DNA of 64,000 bases, taken from positions 334,997 to 398,996 of the forward strand of contig JAJYNN010000002.1 of the NCBI GenBank assembly GCA_021786315.1, written 5' to 3'. Below the pieces are notes generated by a model, which saw nothing but the letters and a program-made list of their open reading frames with translations, searched no databases and was not told the DNA's origin. The position numbers and the translations under genes are program-made. Below are positions 17,735 to 27,869 of the stretch, in pieces. The stretch comes from a bacterium. Its GTDB lineage: Bacteria; Patescibacteriota; Microgenomatia; Daviesbacterales; UBA10151. Every line of letters begins with the position of its first letter. Within the stretch, counting starts at the first letter, position 1.

Positions 17735-18340
17735 ATGCCCAAAGTCAGAAGCCTGTCGGAGTTTTTTCCGGGGCTGGAAAACATTCCGATTGAAAACATA
17801 ATTACCCATATCGGCGGTAAAGTTAACCCGACACTTTTGGGAAATAACCTTTGTAATCGTATTATTTATTCCCAAACTGTTCCCACAAATAATGCTGAGC
17901 TGGTGATGGATCTGGCCATTTTAAAAGAGGCTTTAAAAATGCATCCCGGGGAGTATTACAACCAAAACAACCGGAGCATCCTCATACCGCAAGAGTTTTT
18001 GGAACGTTTTCCCGATATTCCGGCAACAGTTCGGGTTTTTATTGATATTTTTGCGGCTCCGGGAATTACCTTTATCTTTTTGAAGGGTGTAGAGTCTAAC
18101 CCTAAAAGTTTAGGGACAGTACTTATCCCCAGTTACACCAAAGACTCGGCAGTTTCCCTGACCCTAGCGGACAAGACTTATGAAATTAAGGCCGGCGAAA
18201 TTAAGATTATCCCGGCTCCGACTTTGCGGGCTGATATTAAATTCTCTTCTAAAAATGCCGCGCTTCTGGGCAAACATGAGTTAACTACCGAGGTTGTTGG
18301 TGGTGAATTTGGTATAGCTGTTGATATGCAAAAAGCATGA
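17735..18340 (+). CDS. conserved hypothetical protein
   Basis: 201-aa ORF coupled to the next gene (ATGA overlap). Confidence 0.65.
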   Translation: MPKVRSLSEFFPGLENIPIENIITHIGGKVNPTLLGNNLCNRIIYSQTVPTNNAELVMDLAILKEALKMHPGEYYNQNNRSILIPQEFLERFPDIPATVRVFIDIFAAPGITFIFLKGVESNPKSLGTVLIPSYTKDSAVSLTLADKTYEIKAGEIKIIPAPTLRADIKFSSKNAALLGKHELTTEVVGGEFGIAVDMQKA

Positions 18341-19476
18341 ACAAAATATCAATTACTAACAGGGTCAGGGTTTTGGAAAATGTTGTTATTCACGTTAAGC
18401 GGAGCGTGCCCGTTTCCGGAGGGAAGATTTTGGTGCATATTGGGGATGAGGTTTCCCCTTGGGATATTTTAGGCGAAGGGCAATCGACAACCGGTTTTAG
18501 GGTCTTCCACCTGGCCCAGGAATTAAAAGTTAGTCCAAAGGATGTAATAAAGTTTCTAAAACGCCAAGTCGGGCACAATATTTACAGCGGGGAACTTTTG
18601 GCCGAAAAGCCCGGAACTTGGGGATTTGGTAAAAAAACTATCCTGGCCCCGGTTGACGGAATTGTTGATTTTTATGATGAACACAACGGGGATTTACGGC
18701 TCAAACTTTTGCCCAGGCTTTTAAAGACAGCCAGTGGGGTGTTTGGAATCGTCGATAAAGTGGACGTCACCCGTGGAGAGGTGACTCTCAGGACTATGGC
18801 TAGCGTAGTTTATGGAATCTTTGGTTCCGGGAAAGAGAGGGAAGGGGTAATCAAAGTTTTAGGGAACCCCGGGGAATTAGTAGGTACGAGACACCTGACG
18901 GCTGATTTTACGGGCAAGATTATGGTGGGAGGCGGACTTATTATGAAAGAAGCTTTGGAAAAGGCCCGGGCTATTGGAGTTGCGGGGATCATTAGCGGCG
19001 GGGTTAATGCGGAGGATTATAAGGCAACTGCGGGAGGTGAGTGGTTTCCGGTGAGGAAGCGGTGGTCGGATATTGGTTTGACTTTAATTATCACTGAGGG
19101 TTACGGTGCAGTTCCGGTTGGGGAGGATATCTTCACTATTTTGAAAAGGTTTGACGGTAAGTATGCCTTAGTGGACGGTAACCAAGCCAAAATCATATTG
19201 CCAAGTTTCTCTGAGAACTGTATGATAGATATTCGTAAAGTGAAGCTGCCGATGGGAACGGAGGTAGAGCCAAGTTCTTTGCAAAAGACCACGGAACTTA
19301 ATATTGGTCTTGCGGTAAGAATTGTCTCTCCGACATTTCTTGGGGTTCAGGGTGTGGTTGAAGCGGTAGACAACACGCCCACCAAGCTTCCTTCCGGGAT
19401 TAATACCTTCCTGGTCACGGTTGAGACTAAAAACCAGAAGTTAAGAGTCCCTTTTGAGAATCTAGAGGTTATTTAA
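18337..19476 (+). CDS. conserved hypothetical protein (barrel-sandwich hybrid-like N-terminus, KOW-like C-terminus)
   Basis: V..GD.V...D.L, APVDG.V, G..G.V motifs. Confidence 0.7.
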   Translation: MNKISITNRVRVLENVVIHVKRSVPVSGGKILVHIGDEVSPWDILGEGQSTTGFRVFHLAQELKVSPKDVIKFLKRQVGHNIYSGELLAEKPGTWGFGKKTILAPVDGIVDFYDEHNGDLRLKLLPRLLKTASGVFGIVDKVDVTRGEVTLRTMASVVYGIFGSGKEREGVIKVLGNPGELVGTRHLTADFTGKIMVGGGLIMKEALEKARAIGVAGIISGGVNAEDYKATAGGEWFPVRKRWSDIGLTLIITEGYGAVPVGEDIFTILKRFDGKYALVDGNQAKIILPSFSENCMIDIRKVKLPMGTEVEPSSLQKTTELNIGLAVRIVSPTFLGVQGVVEAVDNTPTKLPSGINTFLVTVETKNQKLRVPFENLEVI

Positions 19477-20726
19477 TGAATAAACTTTCGTCTATTTTCC
19501 GGAATTTGAGCGTTGGTTTTGTTGCAATTGTTATTTTAGCTTTTGTTTTAGGGTGGCAGGCGGGACACCGGGACTACCAGGTATCCGTAAAAAACTACAA
19601 GCCCTCTTTTAAAGTCACCAACCAGCTTCCTTCCGACCAATCCCAAAATATCGACTTCAAGCTTTTCTGGGAAACCTGGAACTTGGTGTCCTCCAAATAT
19701 ATCGATAAAAAAGCTTTAGACCCTCAGAAACTCTATTTTGGGGCGATTCAGGGAATGGTGGCGGCAATCGGCGATCCTTATACGGTTTTCTTGCCCCCGC
19801 AAGCCCAAAAAGCAACCAAAGAGCAGTTAGGCGGGTCGTTTGAGGGGGTTGGTATCCAGTTGGGGTACAACAAGGATAAGAGGCTGGTGGTTATGGCGCC
19901 GCTGAAAAATACTCCTGCAGACAAAGCCGGAGTCAAGGCCGGGGATTTGATTCTCCAAATTAACGGCAAGGATACAACTAACCTCTCACTACCTGAAGCG
20001 GTCAACCAAATCCGTGGCCCCAAAGGCACAATCGTTGACCTTTTAATGTTTCGGGAAAATGACGGTAAGCCCTGGGATGTAAAACTGATCCGGGATACGA
20101 TCATCGTTAAAAGTGTGGAATATGAAGCCAAGACTACCCCTGCCGGCAAAAAGATTGCTTACATCAGCATTTCCAGTTTCGGGGAAAAGACCCGGGATGA
20201 GTGGGACGAGGCTGTAAGCCAGGCATTATCTGATGCCCCCCAGGGAGTAGTTGTTGATGTCCGGAACAACCCCGGAGGGTACCTGGATGCGGCAGTTTAT
20301 ATTGCTTCGGAGTTTATCGGTAGCGGTAATGTAGTACTACAGGAAGATGCTTTGGGAAACCGGCAGGAACAACCGGTAGTCAGGGAGGGCAAGATGTTGA
20401 AATTGCCTTTGGTGGTGTTAATTAATAAAGGCTCAGCTTCGGCCTCGGAGATCTTATCCGGGGCGATCCAGGACCACAAACGGGGCAAGCTGGTCGGAGA
20501 GCAATCGTTCGGTAAAGGAACTATCCAAACCACGGAGGACTTGGACCAGGGTACGGGTATCCATATCACTACGGCCAAGTGGCTGACTCCCGACGGCAGG
20601 TGGATCCACACAATAGGGCTGACACCGGATGTTAAGGTAGAGATCACTGCTGACATGAAACTTAGCCCGGGTGAGGACCCCCAGCTTCAAAAAGCGCTTG
20701 AGTTGTTTGACAAAGGTGAGATATAA
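19476..20726 (+). CDS. ctpA: S41 C-terminal processing peptidase (PDZ)
   Basis: DVRNNPGG, SASASEI, SFGKG. Confidence 0.92.
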   Translation: MNKLSSIFRNLSVGFVAIVILAFVLGWQAGHRDYQVSVKNYKPSFKVTNQLPSDQSQNIDFKLFWETWNLVSSKYIDKKALDPQKLYFGAIQGMVAAIGDPYTVFLPPQAQKATKEQLGGSFEGVGIQLGYNKDKRLVVMAPLKNTPADKAGVKAGDLILQINGKDTTNLSLPEAVNQIRGPKGTIVDLLMFRENDGKPWDVKLIRDTIIVKSVEYEAKTTPAGKKIAYISISSFGEKTRDEWDEAVSQALSDAPQGVVVDVRNNPGGYLDAAVYIASEFIGSGNVVLQEDALGNRQEQPVVREGKMLKLPLVVLINKGSASASEILSGAIQDHKRGKLVGEQSFGKGTIQTTEDLDQGTGIHITTAKWLTPDGRWIHTIGLTPDVKVEITADMKLSPGEDPQLQKALELFDKGEI

Positions 20727-20737
20727 TTGCAAAAGAA

Positions 20738-21865
20738 ATGGACCAAAGACTGCCAAAGTTCTTTCCCAACCTTTCCACTTTACTGATAGTTATTATAGTT
20801 GGCGCTTTAGTGGGGGTAGGCACCTATCAGCTTTCCGTTCGGGGATATTTACCAATTAAAAATCTTCCCCAAGTTTCCGTCCCCGAACAAAGGACCCAAA
20901 CTATCCTTTCCGAAGAAAATGCGGTGATTAAGGTTGTAGATAAGGCTTCCCCGTCAGTGGTGGCAATTGGAGCCACCCAAAAAGTTTTTGACCCTTTTGA
21001 CCCCTTTGCTGCCCCGCAAAACCAAAGCAGCACTATTGGGACCGGTTTTATTGTTTCAGATAAAGGGATTATTGTTACCAATAAGCACGTTGTTGCTGAT
21101 CCCAACACCCGGTACACGGTTATTACCCGTGACGGGAAGAAATACGAGATCAGGAAAATTTACCGCGACCCGGTCTTGGATTTGGCTATTGTCCAAATAG
21201 ACGGGGGAGGATTACCGACAGTAGATATGGGGGATTCTTCCAAATTGAAAGTTGGACAGACTGTAGTGGCTATCGGTAATGCATTGGGAAGGTTTACCAA
21301 TACTGTTACCACCGGTATTGTTTCCGGGCTTGGCAGAAGCGTAACAGCGGGGGATCCTTATTCCGGGTCGGCAGAGAGTTTAGATGATTTGGTCCAAACA
21401 GATGCTGCCATTAACCCGGGCAATTCCGGAGGGCCGCTTCTAAATTCTGCCGGACAGGTTATTGGGGTCAATGTGGCGACCACCGAAGGCGCCCAAAACA
21501 TTGGTTTTGCCGTACCGATTAACTCTGTTAAAAAGATTGTCGATGAATTTATCCAGAGAGGATCGGTTTCCCGGCCTTTCTTAGGGGTCAGGTATAAATT
21601 CGTGGCTAAAGATTTGGCTATTTTAAATGATGTTCCCCAGGGGGATTATGTCCAGGATGTCTTAAAAGATTCGGCGGCAGATAAGGCAGGACTCAAAGAC
21701 GGGGACATCATTACTAAGGTTGACGGGCAAGTGGTGAATTCAGACTCAACAATCTCTGGAATTATTCAGAATAAGAAAATTGGGGATACTTTAAATTTGA
21801 GTGTGTGGAATGACGGAAAAGAAAGACAGCTGACAGCTACTTTGCAGGAGCTTCCTAACCAATAA
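20738..21865 (+). CDS. htrA: HtrA/DegP-family serine protease
   Basis: TNKHVV, DLAIV, TDAAINPGNSGGPL, PDZ. Confidence 0.92.
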   Translation: MDQRLPKFFPNLSTLLIVIIVGALVGVGTYQLSVRGYLPIKNLPQVSVPEQRTQTILSEENAVIKVVDKASPSVVAIGATQKVFDPFDPFAAPQNQSSTIGTGFIVSDKGIIVTNKHVVADPNTRYTVITRDGKKYEIRKIYRDPVLDLAIVQIDGGGLPTVDMGDSSKLKVGQTVVAIGNALGRFTNTVTTGIVSGLGRSVTAGDPYSGSAESLDDLVQTDAAINPGNSGGPLLNSAGQVIGVNVATTEGAQNIGFAVPINSVKKIVDEFIQRGSVSRPFLGVRYKFVAKDLAILNDVPQGDYVQDVLKDSAADKAGLKDGDIITKVDGQVVNSDSTISGIIQNKKIGDTLNLSVWNDGKERQLTATLQELPNQ

Positions 21866-21895
21866 ATTGCCGGGATTTTAGGCAATTATCCCACG

Positions 21896-22255
21896 ATGCT
21901 AGACAATGAAGAACTCATGCACAGAATTCACCAGGTCGGACAGAAAATTAGTGATGCAGCGACTTTAGAAGAGCTTTATTATTTTCAGGATGGCAATGCC
22001 CCGAAGGAGTGGATTAATTTAATGACTGCAGGTTTGTCCCAAACAGAGAAGGCTTTAATCAAGACTAATCTGGGCGTTATACGGAAAGCATTCCGGGTTG
22101 ATTTACCTTTAGGGTGGTTTCGGGAATTGGGCGTGGAGGGGTTGATGGATTTGCGGATTAACCGGCTGACACTGGCGGGGGCCAGGTTTTTTACCCGCAG
22201 TTTTCAAAAAGGAGAGTGGCCTGTTGAAGAAAAGGAACGACTAACTGACCGTTAA
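21896..22255 (+). CDS. hypothetical protein
   Basis: 119-aa ORF filling a gap. Confidence 0.5.
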   Translation: MLDNEELMHRIHQVGQKISDAATLEELYYFQDGNAPKEWINLMTAGLSQTEKALIKTNLGVIRKAFRVDLPLGWFRELGVEGLMDLRINRLTLAGARFFTRSFQKGEWPVEEKERLTDR

Positions 22256-22909
22256 GATCCTTTGTAAGTGAGCCAGATCTTTTTTGACTTCCACCGAGGC
22301 ATTGGGAAAATATTTTTGGGCCTCGAAGGCTGCCAGTTCTCCGTGGGTGTAATCAATTTCCCCTAGGATTAGTTTTGGTTTTAAACCTCTTTCGTTGATT
22401 TGGGTAAACAATTTTCTGTAAAGCTCAAAGCCGTCTTCACCGCCATCCAAAGCCACATGTGGTTCGAAGTCCTTAACGGAGGAATCCAGGTAATTGATCC
22501 TTTCTGTGGGGATGTAGGGAAGGTTGGTAACAATAATCAGATTTTCAGAATGTCGGAGTGTCGGAATATCAGATAGGAGGTTGCTGTGAATAAAAGTGAT
22601 TTTGTTTTCTACTCCGTGGAATTTGGCATTTTGCCTGGCCACATCCAAAGCTTTTTCGGAAACATCGGTGGCAATAACCTTAACATTGGGGGCATTTTTA
22701 GCCAGGGAAATGGCAATATTTCCTGTCCCAGTTCCAATATCCAATACAGTGACCTGATTTTGGGATTTGGCAAAATCCAAGACAGCGTCCACCAAAAGTT
22801 CCGTTTCCGGGCGGGGGATTAAGGCATCAGGAGTAACCTTGAATCTTAATTTATAGAACTCAACAAAACCTTTTATGTATTGATCAGGTTTAGAATTTTT
22901 ATCTGGCAT
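22241..22909 (-). CDS. prmC: release factor glutamine methyltransferase (short N-terminus)
   Basis: LIPRPETE, DIGTGTG, NLPYI, EPHVALDGG.DG; downstream of prfA. Confidence 0.93.
   Translation of the reverse strand: MPDKNSKPDQYIKGFVEFYKLRFKVTPDALIPRPETELLVDAVLDFAKSQNQVTVLDIGTGTGNIAISLAKNAPNVKVIATDVSEKALDVARQNAKFHGVENKITFIHSNLLSDIPTLRHSENLIIVTNLPYIPTERINYLDSSVKDFEPHVALDGGEDGFELYRKLFTQINERGLKPKLILGEIDYTHGELAAFEAQKYFPNASVEVKKDLAHLQRILTVS
22537..22576. repeat. 5 x 8-mer array (TCRGARTR) in-frame within prmC
   Basis: tcagattt tcagaatg tcggagtg tcggaata tcagatag. Confidence 0.8.
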
Positions 22910-22910
22910 A

Positions 22911-23028
22911 TAATTTTCAATTAACAAGTACCAATTTACAATGAATTTTCAAAAACTCAATGACCAAAAGTTTAAAAGTTTGAACATTGTAATTTATTTG
23001 AAAATTGTAAATTTAAAATTGGAAATTA
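22911..23028. repeat. inverted AATTTTC-type array spanning the prfA stop to the prmC start
   Basis: taattttcaattaacaagtaccaatttacaatgaattttc ... gaaaattgtaaatttaaaattggaaatta. Confidence 0.85.
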
Positions 23029-23964
23029 TTTTTCTTGGTCTGCCTCCTGCAAGGCCTTAAAAACCGGTTCCATGCCGCCTTCCATAATAGTTTCCAGGTT
23101 GTACCAGGACTTGCCGATCCGGTGGTCCGTTAGCCGATTTTGGGGAAAATTATAAGTCCTGATTTTTTCGCTGCGGTCACCCATGCCGACCATACTCTTT
23201 CTGGCATCAGTAATCGAGCCAAACCTCTCCCGTTCCTCAATTTCCCAAAGTTTGGCCCGAAGGAGGGCCATGGCGTTTTCCCGGTTTTGCAACTGTGACC
23301 GTTCTGTCTGGCAGGTTACCACAATACCTGTAGGGATATGTTTTAACCTCACTGCAGTATTAACTTTATTGACATTTTGGCCTCCGGCCCCGCCAGACCG
23401 AAAAGCCTCAAACTCCACATCAGCCGGGTTGATATAGACCTCAGCTTCCGGGATTTGGGGAAGCACGGCTACGGTCGCAGTAGAAGTATGGACCCTTCCC
23501 TGGGATTCGGTTTCCGGAACCCTTTGCACCCGGTGGACACCGGATTCATACCTTAAGGCGCTAAAAGCGCCCTTGCCGGTAAACTTCATGGTGATCTCCT
23601 TAATCTGGCCGATTTTGCCCTCAGAACGGTCCAATTCCTCCATTTTCCAGCCCTGGTTGGCCGCATAGCGGGTGTACATCCGGAGTAAATCCCCGGCAAA
23701 AAGCCCGGCTTCATCACCGCCGGCAGCTGATCTTATTTCCATGATGGCAATATTGGGATTGATGTCAGAGTCGTCTGATGAATCTGATTCATCAGACGTA
23801 TCCATCGAGGTTGCAGCTGATTCCTGTAACTCTATCTTTTGCTGTTCCAGATCAGCAATTTCTGCTTTGGCCAGTTCGGCCAAGGTCGGGTCAGCAAGCA
23901 TCCCTTTTGCCTCCTCGATCTTTTTATCAATTTCGGCAATTTGTTGCTCAAGATAATCGTTCAT
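23026..23964 (-). CDS. prfA: peptide chain release factor 1
   Basis: [29 protein letters not shown]. Confidence 0.95.
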   Translation of the reverse strand: MNDYLEQQIAEIDKKIEEAKGMLADPTLAELAKAEIADLEQQKIELQESAATSMDTSDESDSSDDSDINPNIAIMEIRSAAGGDEAGLFAGDLLRMYTRYAANQGWKMEELDRSEGKIGQIKEITMKFTGKGAFSALRYESGVHRVQRVPETESQGRVHTSTATVAVLPQIPEAEVYINPADVEFEAFRSGGAGGQNVNKVNTAVRLKHIPTGIVVTCQTERSQLQNRENAMALLRAKLWEIEERERFGSITDARKSMVGMGDRSEKIRTYNFPQNRLTDHRIGKSWYNLETIMEGGMEPVFKALQEADQEK

Positions 23965-24014
23965 ATGAGTATTATACCTCCCTCGTTAGGCAAAGACCGG
24001 GGAGTGGCGAGTAT

Positions 24015-24341
24015 CTAAGAAGCGGCGTTCTTTCGGGCGGCAAGAAGCAGGTCTTTCAAGGATGGTTTATCGCCTTTTTCGGTTTTAACTTTAGCCGCCC
24101 GGGCCTCCATGATTTTAGCCCTTTCAGCTTGTTTTTCCTGGGCAATCTGTTGTTTCTTGCCGAATTTTTCAACCTGGCCTTGGGTATCGACAAACTTTTG
24201 CTGTCCGGTAAAGAAAGGATGGCAGGCAGCGCAAATTTCCACCCGGATATTTTCCTGGGTGGAACCGGTGGTGAAGGCGTTCCCGCAAACACAGGTTACC
24301 TTGGCGTTTTTGTAATATGTAGGATGAACATTAGCTTTCAT
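24015..24341 (-). CDS. rpmE: 50S ribosomal protein L31
   Basis: [20 protein letters not shown]. Confidence 0.95.
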   Translation of the reverse strand: MKANVHPTYYKNAKVTCVCGNAFTTGSTQENIRVEICAACHPFFTGQQKFVDTQGQVEKFGKKQQIAQEKQAERAKIMEARAAKVKTEKGDKPSLKDLLLAARKNAAS

Positions 24342-24399
24342 AACCCGAGCATTATACCAAGAATAGATTGATCCTACAACCCTGCCTTTGTGAAGATAA

Positions 24400-24462
24400 T
24401 AATTTTCAAATATTTAAGCATTGAGAATTTATTGTAAATTTAAAATTGTAAATTGGAAATTT
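24400..24462. repeat. AATTTTC-type array (mostly one arm)
   Basis: gagaatt tatt gtaaatt taaaatt gtaaatt ggaaatt. Confidence 0.7.
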
Positions 24463-24504
24463 TAGTGCCGGTGGGCCTTAAGACTGTTAGGTCGCAAGGC
24501 GCAT

Positions 24505-25443
24505 TTAGTGTCTGTGCGCCTTATGGTATTTATGGGACTCTTTGGCCAGGGTGGTCCAGTAGGACCCCAGGCCGACAAGGATCGCCCCAATAATGAAGGT
24601 AAACCGCATCTGTTCACCCAGGATTGCCACCCCAAGAGTAATGGCTACCAGGGGCTCCAGATATTGGAACAGGTCGGCCTTAACTATTCCCAACTTCGAG
24701 AGTCCCCACTCAAAAAGGAAGTAAGCCGAGACGGAGGAGGCGATAGCGCTAAACAGCAGGCCGAAAAGCCCGATATACGTGACCTGGTGCACCCAGCCGG
24801 GATTTTTCAGGTATTCCGTTAAGGCGGGTACGGCAAAGGATAAAATTCCCACCAAAAAGATCATGGATGTCACGGTCAAAGTGGAATATTTTTGCAGCAG
24901 GCCTTTGGAAAGGCCGGCACCCGCTACCCAGGCGGCGGAGGCCAGGATAATTAAAATATTACCGATTAAGGCATTGGAGATGGGCTGTAAACCCAGGGCA
25001 AAATAGGGCACCCCAATGACTAATATTGCCCCAATTAACCCTAAAACGATCCCGATTAAGTTCACGGTATAGATCTTTTCCCTTAAAAACCACCAGCCGG
25101 CCAAAACCGAGAGCATCGGGATAACCATGGTTAGAACTGAGGCGGAGGTGACAGTGGTCCTTTGCATCCCGGTGTAAAAGAGGCCAATGTTCAGGGTAAC
25201 CATGAAAATGCCGACGGCAAAAAGTTTGGGCAGGTCTTCCCGGGCAAGCTTTGACTTTTTCTTCTCGGTTAAGATAAAAGGAAGAAGGAAGAGGATAGCC
25301 AGGATAAAACGCAGGAAAGCCAAAGACATCGGCGGAAATTCCTGCAGGGCCAGCTTGGCTACGACAAAGTTAATCCCCCAAATGGTGTGGGCCAGGACAA
25401 TGGCAAAATACGGCCAACTCTTTTTGAAGACATCGGATGCCAT
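24505..25443 (-). CDS. EamA/DMT family transporter
   Basis: IWG.NF...K, LAFLRF, 10 TM, YLEPL. Confidence 0.9.
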   Translation of the reverse strand: MASDVFKKSWPYFAIVLAHTIWGINFVVAKLALQEFPPMSLAFLRFILAILFLLPFILTEKKKSKLAREDLPKLFAVGIFMVTLNIGLFYTGMQRTTVTSASVLTMVIPMLSVLAGWWFLREKIYTVNLIGIVLGLIGAILVIGVPYFALGLQPISNALIGNILIILASAAWVAGAGLSKGLLQKYSTLTVTSMIFLVGILSFAVPALTEYLKNPGWVHQVTYIGLFGLLFSAIASSVSAYFLFEWGLSKLGIVKADLFQYLEPLVAITLGVAILGEQMRFTFIIGAILVGLGSYWTTLAKESHKYHKAHRH

Positions 25444-25448
25444 AATGT

Positions 25449-25483
25449 GAATTAAGAGTTATGAATTCAGAATTAAGAATTAT
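25449..25483. repeat. 5 x 7-mer arm (GAATTAA) at the 3' end of the four-helix-bundle gene
   Basis: gaattaa gagttat gaattca gaattaa gaattat; inverse of 25815-25849. Confidence 0.85.
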
Positions 25484-25838
25484 TCTTAGATTTTCTGATA
25501 ATCGTAACCAGTATTCTTATTATTTCATCATTCTCTTTGAGAAGTAAACCGAGCTCTTTTGAGTTAGTCAGTTTTGCCCTGGAAATTAAAGTTAACCAAT
25601 AATAAGTTTCCCTTGCCTCTTTTAATGCAACATTTAAAGAGTGGGTGAAGTCTTTTTTAGAGTGGGCACTTTGAGCTTCTTGAACATTAGCTCCGATTGA
25701 TGTTCCAGATCTGACAATTTGGGAAGCAATTGCATAACCAGCAGGTGTTTTAGGAAGGCTATTGACTAAGACGATAACTTCAATTGCAAACTCGATTGTT
25801 CTATCTGTGATATCAATTCTTAATTCATTATTCTGCAT
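25473..25838 (-). CDS. four helix bundle protein (23S rRNA IVP / Avd-like)
   Basis: QIVRSGTSIGANVQEA..A.SKKDF......ALKEARETYYWL. Confidence 0.92.
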   Translation of the reverse strand: MQNNELRIDITDRTIEFAIEVIVLVNSLPKTPAGYAIASQIVRSGTSIGANVQEAQSAHSKKDFTHSLNVALKEARETYYWLTLISRAKLTNSKELGLLLKENDEIIRILVTIIRKSKNNS

Positions 25839-25849
25839 TCTGAATTCGA
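25815..25849. repeat. 5 x 7-mer arm overlapping the hisS stop and the 4HB start
   Basis: aattctt aattcat tattctg cattctg aattcga. Confidence 0.85.
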
Positions 25850-27030
25850 TTTATCGCTTCATCAAGGGTGGCAGTTTGCTGGGTTTTGTTACTGAGGTCT
25901 TTTAAGGTAGCGGCGCCGTTTTCGGCTTCCTCCGGACCGATAATCACTACATAAGGTATCCCTTTTTGGTCGGCATACTTTAATTGTTTTTCCAGCCTGG
26001 TTTCAGGATCAAGCCAGATTTCCGAGTTTATCTTTTTTGAGCGAAGGGCTTCTAATACCTCAAGAGAATTATTGGCGAGCGCTGGGGAAAAGACGGTCAC
26101 TAAAACCTTGGCGGAAGATTTGAGGTTGGGAAGCAGTCCTTGGGATTCCAAAACTTCAACTGTCCGGTCAAACCCTAAGCCAAAACCTACGGCGGGGTAA
26201 TCAGTACCTGAGAAACTGCCGATCATCTTATCCCACCGACCGCCGCTGCAGATTGAGCCGGTGCTTCCCTCGGCAACAGTCTCAAAGATCATCCCTGTGT
26301 AATAATCCAAACCCCGGGCGAGGGTCGGCTCGTATTTCACTTTATTGGTATCTGCTCCCAGCTTTTCTAAAAGTTCAACAATTTGTTTGAGATTTTCGCT
26401 CATGGGGGTTTCCTGAAGTTTCTTTAAAGCTACTTTGGCATCCTCTTCGGCCATGCCTTTTTGGACCATCTCCGCCAAAACTTCGCTTTCACCGATCTTT
26501 TCCAGCTTATCAATGGCAGAAACGTATTTTTTGTCTAAACCCTCAAAATTTGCCCGGTCATTAACTTTAATGGTGACATTTAGTCCTAAGTTTTGGTAGA
26601 TGCCGAGAACCAAATTGAGAATTTCCGCATCAGCCAGGGGGGAGGAGGAACCGACAATATCGGCATCGCATTGCAAAAATTCCCTGTATCGGCCCCTTTG
26701 GGTATTTTCACCGCGGAAAACCGATTGGATTTGGTACCTTTTGAATGGTTTGGGAAGTTCGGGGTATTGAGCAATGACTCGGGCTAAAGGGACAGTTTGG
26801 TCATACCTTAAAGCTACCTCATCACCGCCTTTGGTTTGAAACTCATAAATCAGCTTTTCCTCCTCGCCGTATTTACCCTTTAAGACTTCGGCAAATTCCA
26901 AAGACGGGGTTTCCAGAGGCTCAAAGCCTAAAAGGCGGAAAGACTCCTTAATTTTGCCCAGCACATACTCCCGGGCGTTAGCCTGGTCTGGTAAGAGATC
27001 CCGGAAACCTTTTGGTGTAGCTGTTTTCAT
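25828..27030 (-). CDS. hisS: histidine--tRNA ligase
   Basis: LRYDQTVP, GRYREF.QCD.D, RGLDYYTG, GGRWD. Confidence 0.96.
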   Translation of the reverse strand: MKTATPKGFRDLLPDQANAREYVLGKIKESFRLLGFEPLETPSLEFAEVLKGKYGEEEKLIYEFQTKGGDEVALRYDQTVPLARVIAQYPELPKPFKRYQIQSVFRGENTQRGRYREFLQCDADIVGSSSPLADAEILNLVLGIYQNLGLNVTIKVNDRANFEGLDKKYVSAIDKLEKIGESEVLAEMVQKGMAEEDAKVALKKLQETPMSENLKQIVELLEKLGADTNKVKYEPTLARGLDYYTGMIFETVAEGSTGSICSGGRWDKMIGSFSGTDYPAVGFGLGFDRTVEVLESQGLLPNLKSSAKVLVTVFSPALANNSLEVLEALRSKKINSEIWLDPETRLEKQLKYADQKGIPYVVIIGPEEAENGAATLKDLSNKTQQTATLDEAINRIQNAE

Positions 27031-27278
27031 CCTCTAGCTATTATCGCACAGGGTGTATCTGATTTACAATTATGGCCTATAATTTAGAGTTTTCGAGAAT
27101 TTAGAGGCTTTTTAAAAAGACTCATAATAAGTTGATTTTGAGGCAAAAAAGTTGTAGTATTGAACTGCAAAAAGGGCAAGCGGGGGTTGTTCACAACCCG
27201 AAGCGTGTTTAATTTGCTTACTTATATTTGCACATTAAATAATTTACAGATTTTAGGTTAGAAGGAGAAGGACTTGGG

Positions 27279-27665
27279 ATGAAAACTTGGAAAGTTGCTT
27301 TGGTGTTGGCGCTTATGTGGCTGGTGGCCGGAATTGTTCAATGGCAGGAAACTGGTATGTCCATGATTTTGGATATCCTCCTGATCATTGGGGCAGCAGT
27401 AGGGTTAATCTACATCCTGGTTAATGTAACAATGATGGCCTATTCCATTATGGAGAAGCCGAGAGGCTTTGTCGACTTGTCCCAAATGTTCTATCTGGCT
27501 TGTGGGGTAGTGGTGTCAGCGGTTGTTTTTACCTATGGTTTTGCAGTGATCCACAGCCGTGTGGGTTTAGGAGGCGAGATGGGTATTGATATTGCATTGG
27601 CCATCATTATTCTGGCTGGTGAATTTCATAACCGGCGGACACAGTCACTTCAGGAAGAAGGTTAA
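27279..27665 (+). CDS. hypothetical membrane protein
   Basis: 4 hydrophobic segments; AAGGA SD upstream. Confidence 0.6.
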   Translation: MKTWKVALVLALMWLVAGIVQWQETGMSMILDILLIIGAAVGLIYILVNVTMMAYSIMEKPRGFVDLSQMFYLACGVVVSAVVFTYGFAVIHSRVGLGGEMGIDIALAIIILAGEFHNRRTQSLQEEG

Positions 27666-27779
27666 GGAGGAGTCTGTAAATGAAATGGTAGTGATCAAGG
27701 AAAGCTAGTGTTGAGGCTAGTGGGGAGGATGCAAAGGCGCGTCCAACCGGCCGGCAACGATGCTGGTCTTTTTTCTTTC

Positions 27780-27810
27780 AGCCGGAGGCCTAAAAACCCT
27801 CCGGCTTTTT
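27780..27810 (+). terminator. intrinsic terminator
   Basis: AGCCGGAGG...CCTCCGGCT TTTT. Confidence 0.7.
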
Positions 27811-27869
27811 CGTGGAAAACCCCAATTCTTGCCAAAATAAAACTTTCCGTTGTATATTAAATAAACTCT

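Noticed and set aside
27663-27693. SD plus mini-ORF MKW after the 27279 gene
   Set aside because: Only three codons; it cannot be told apart from a decayed gene start.
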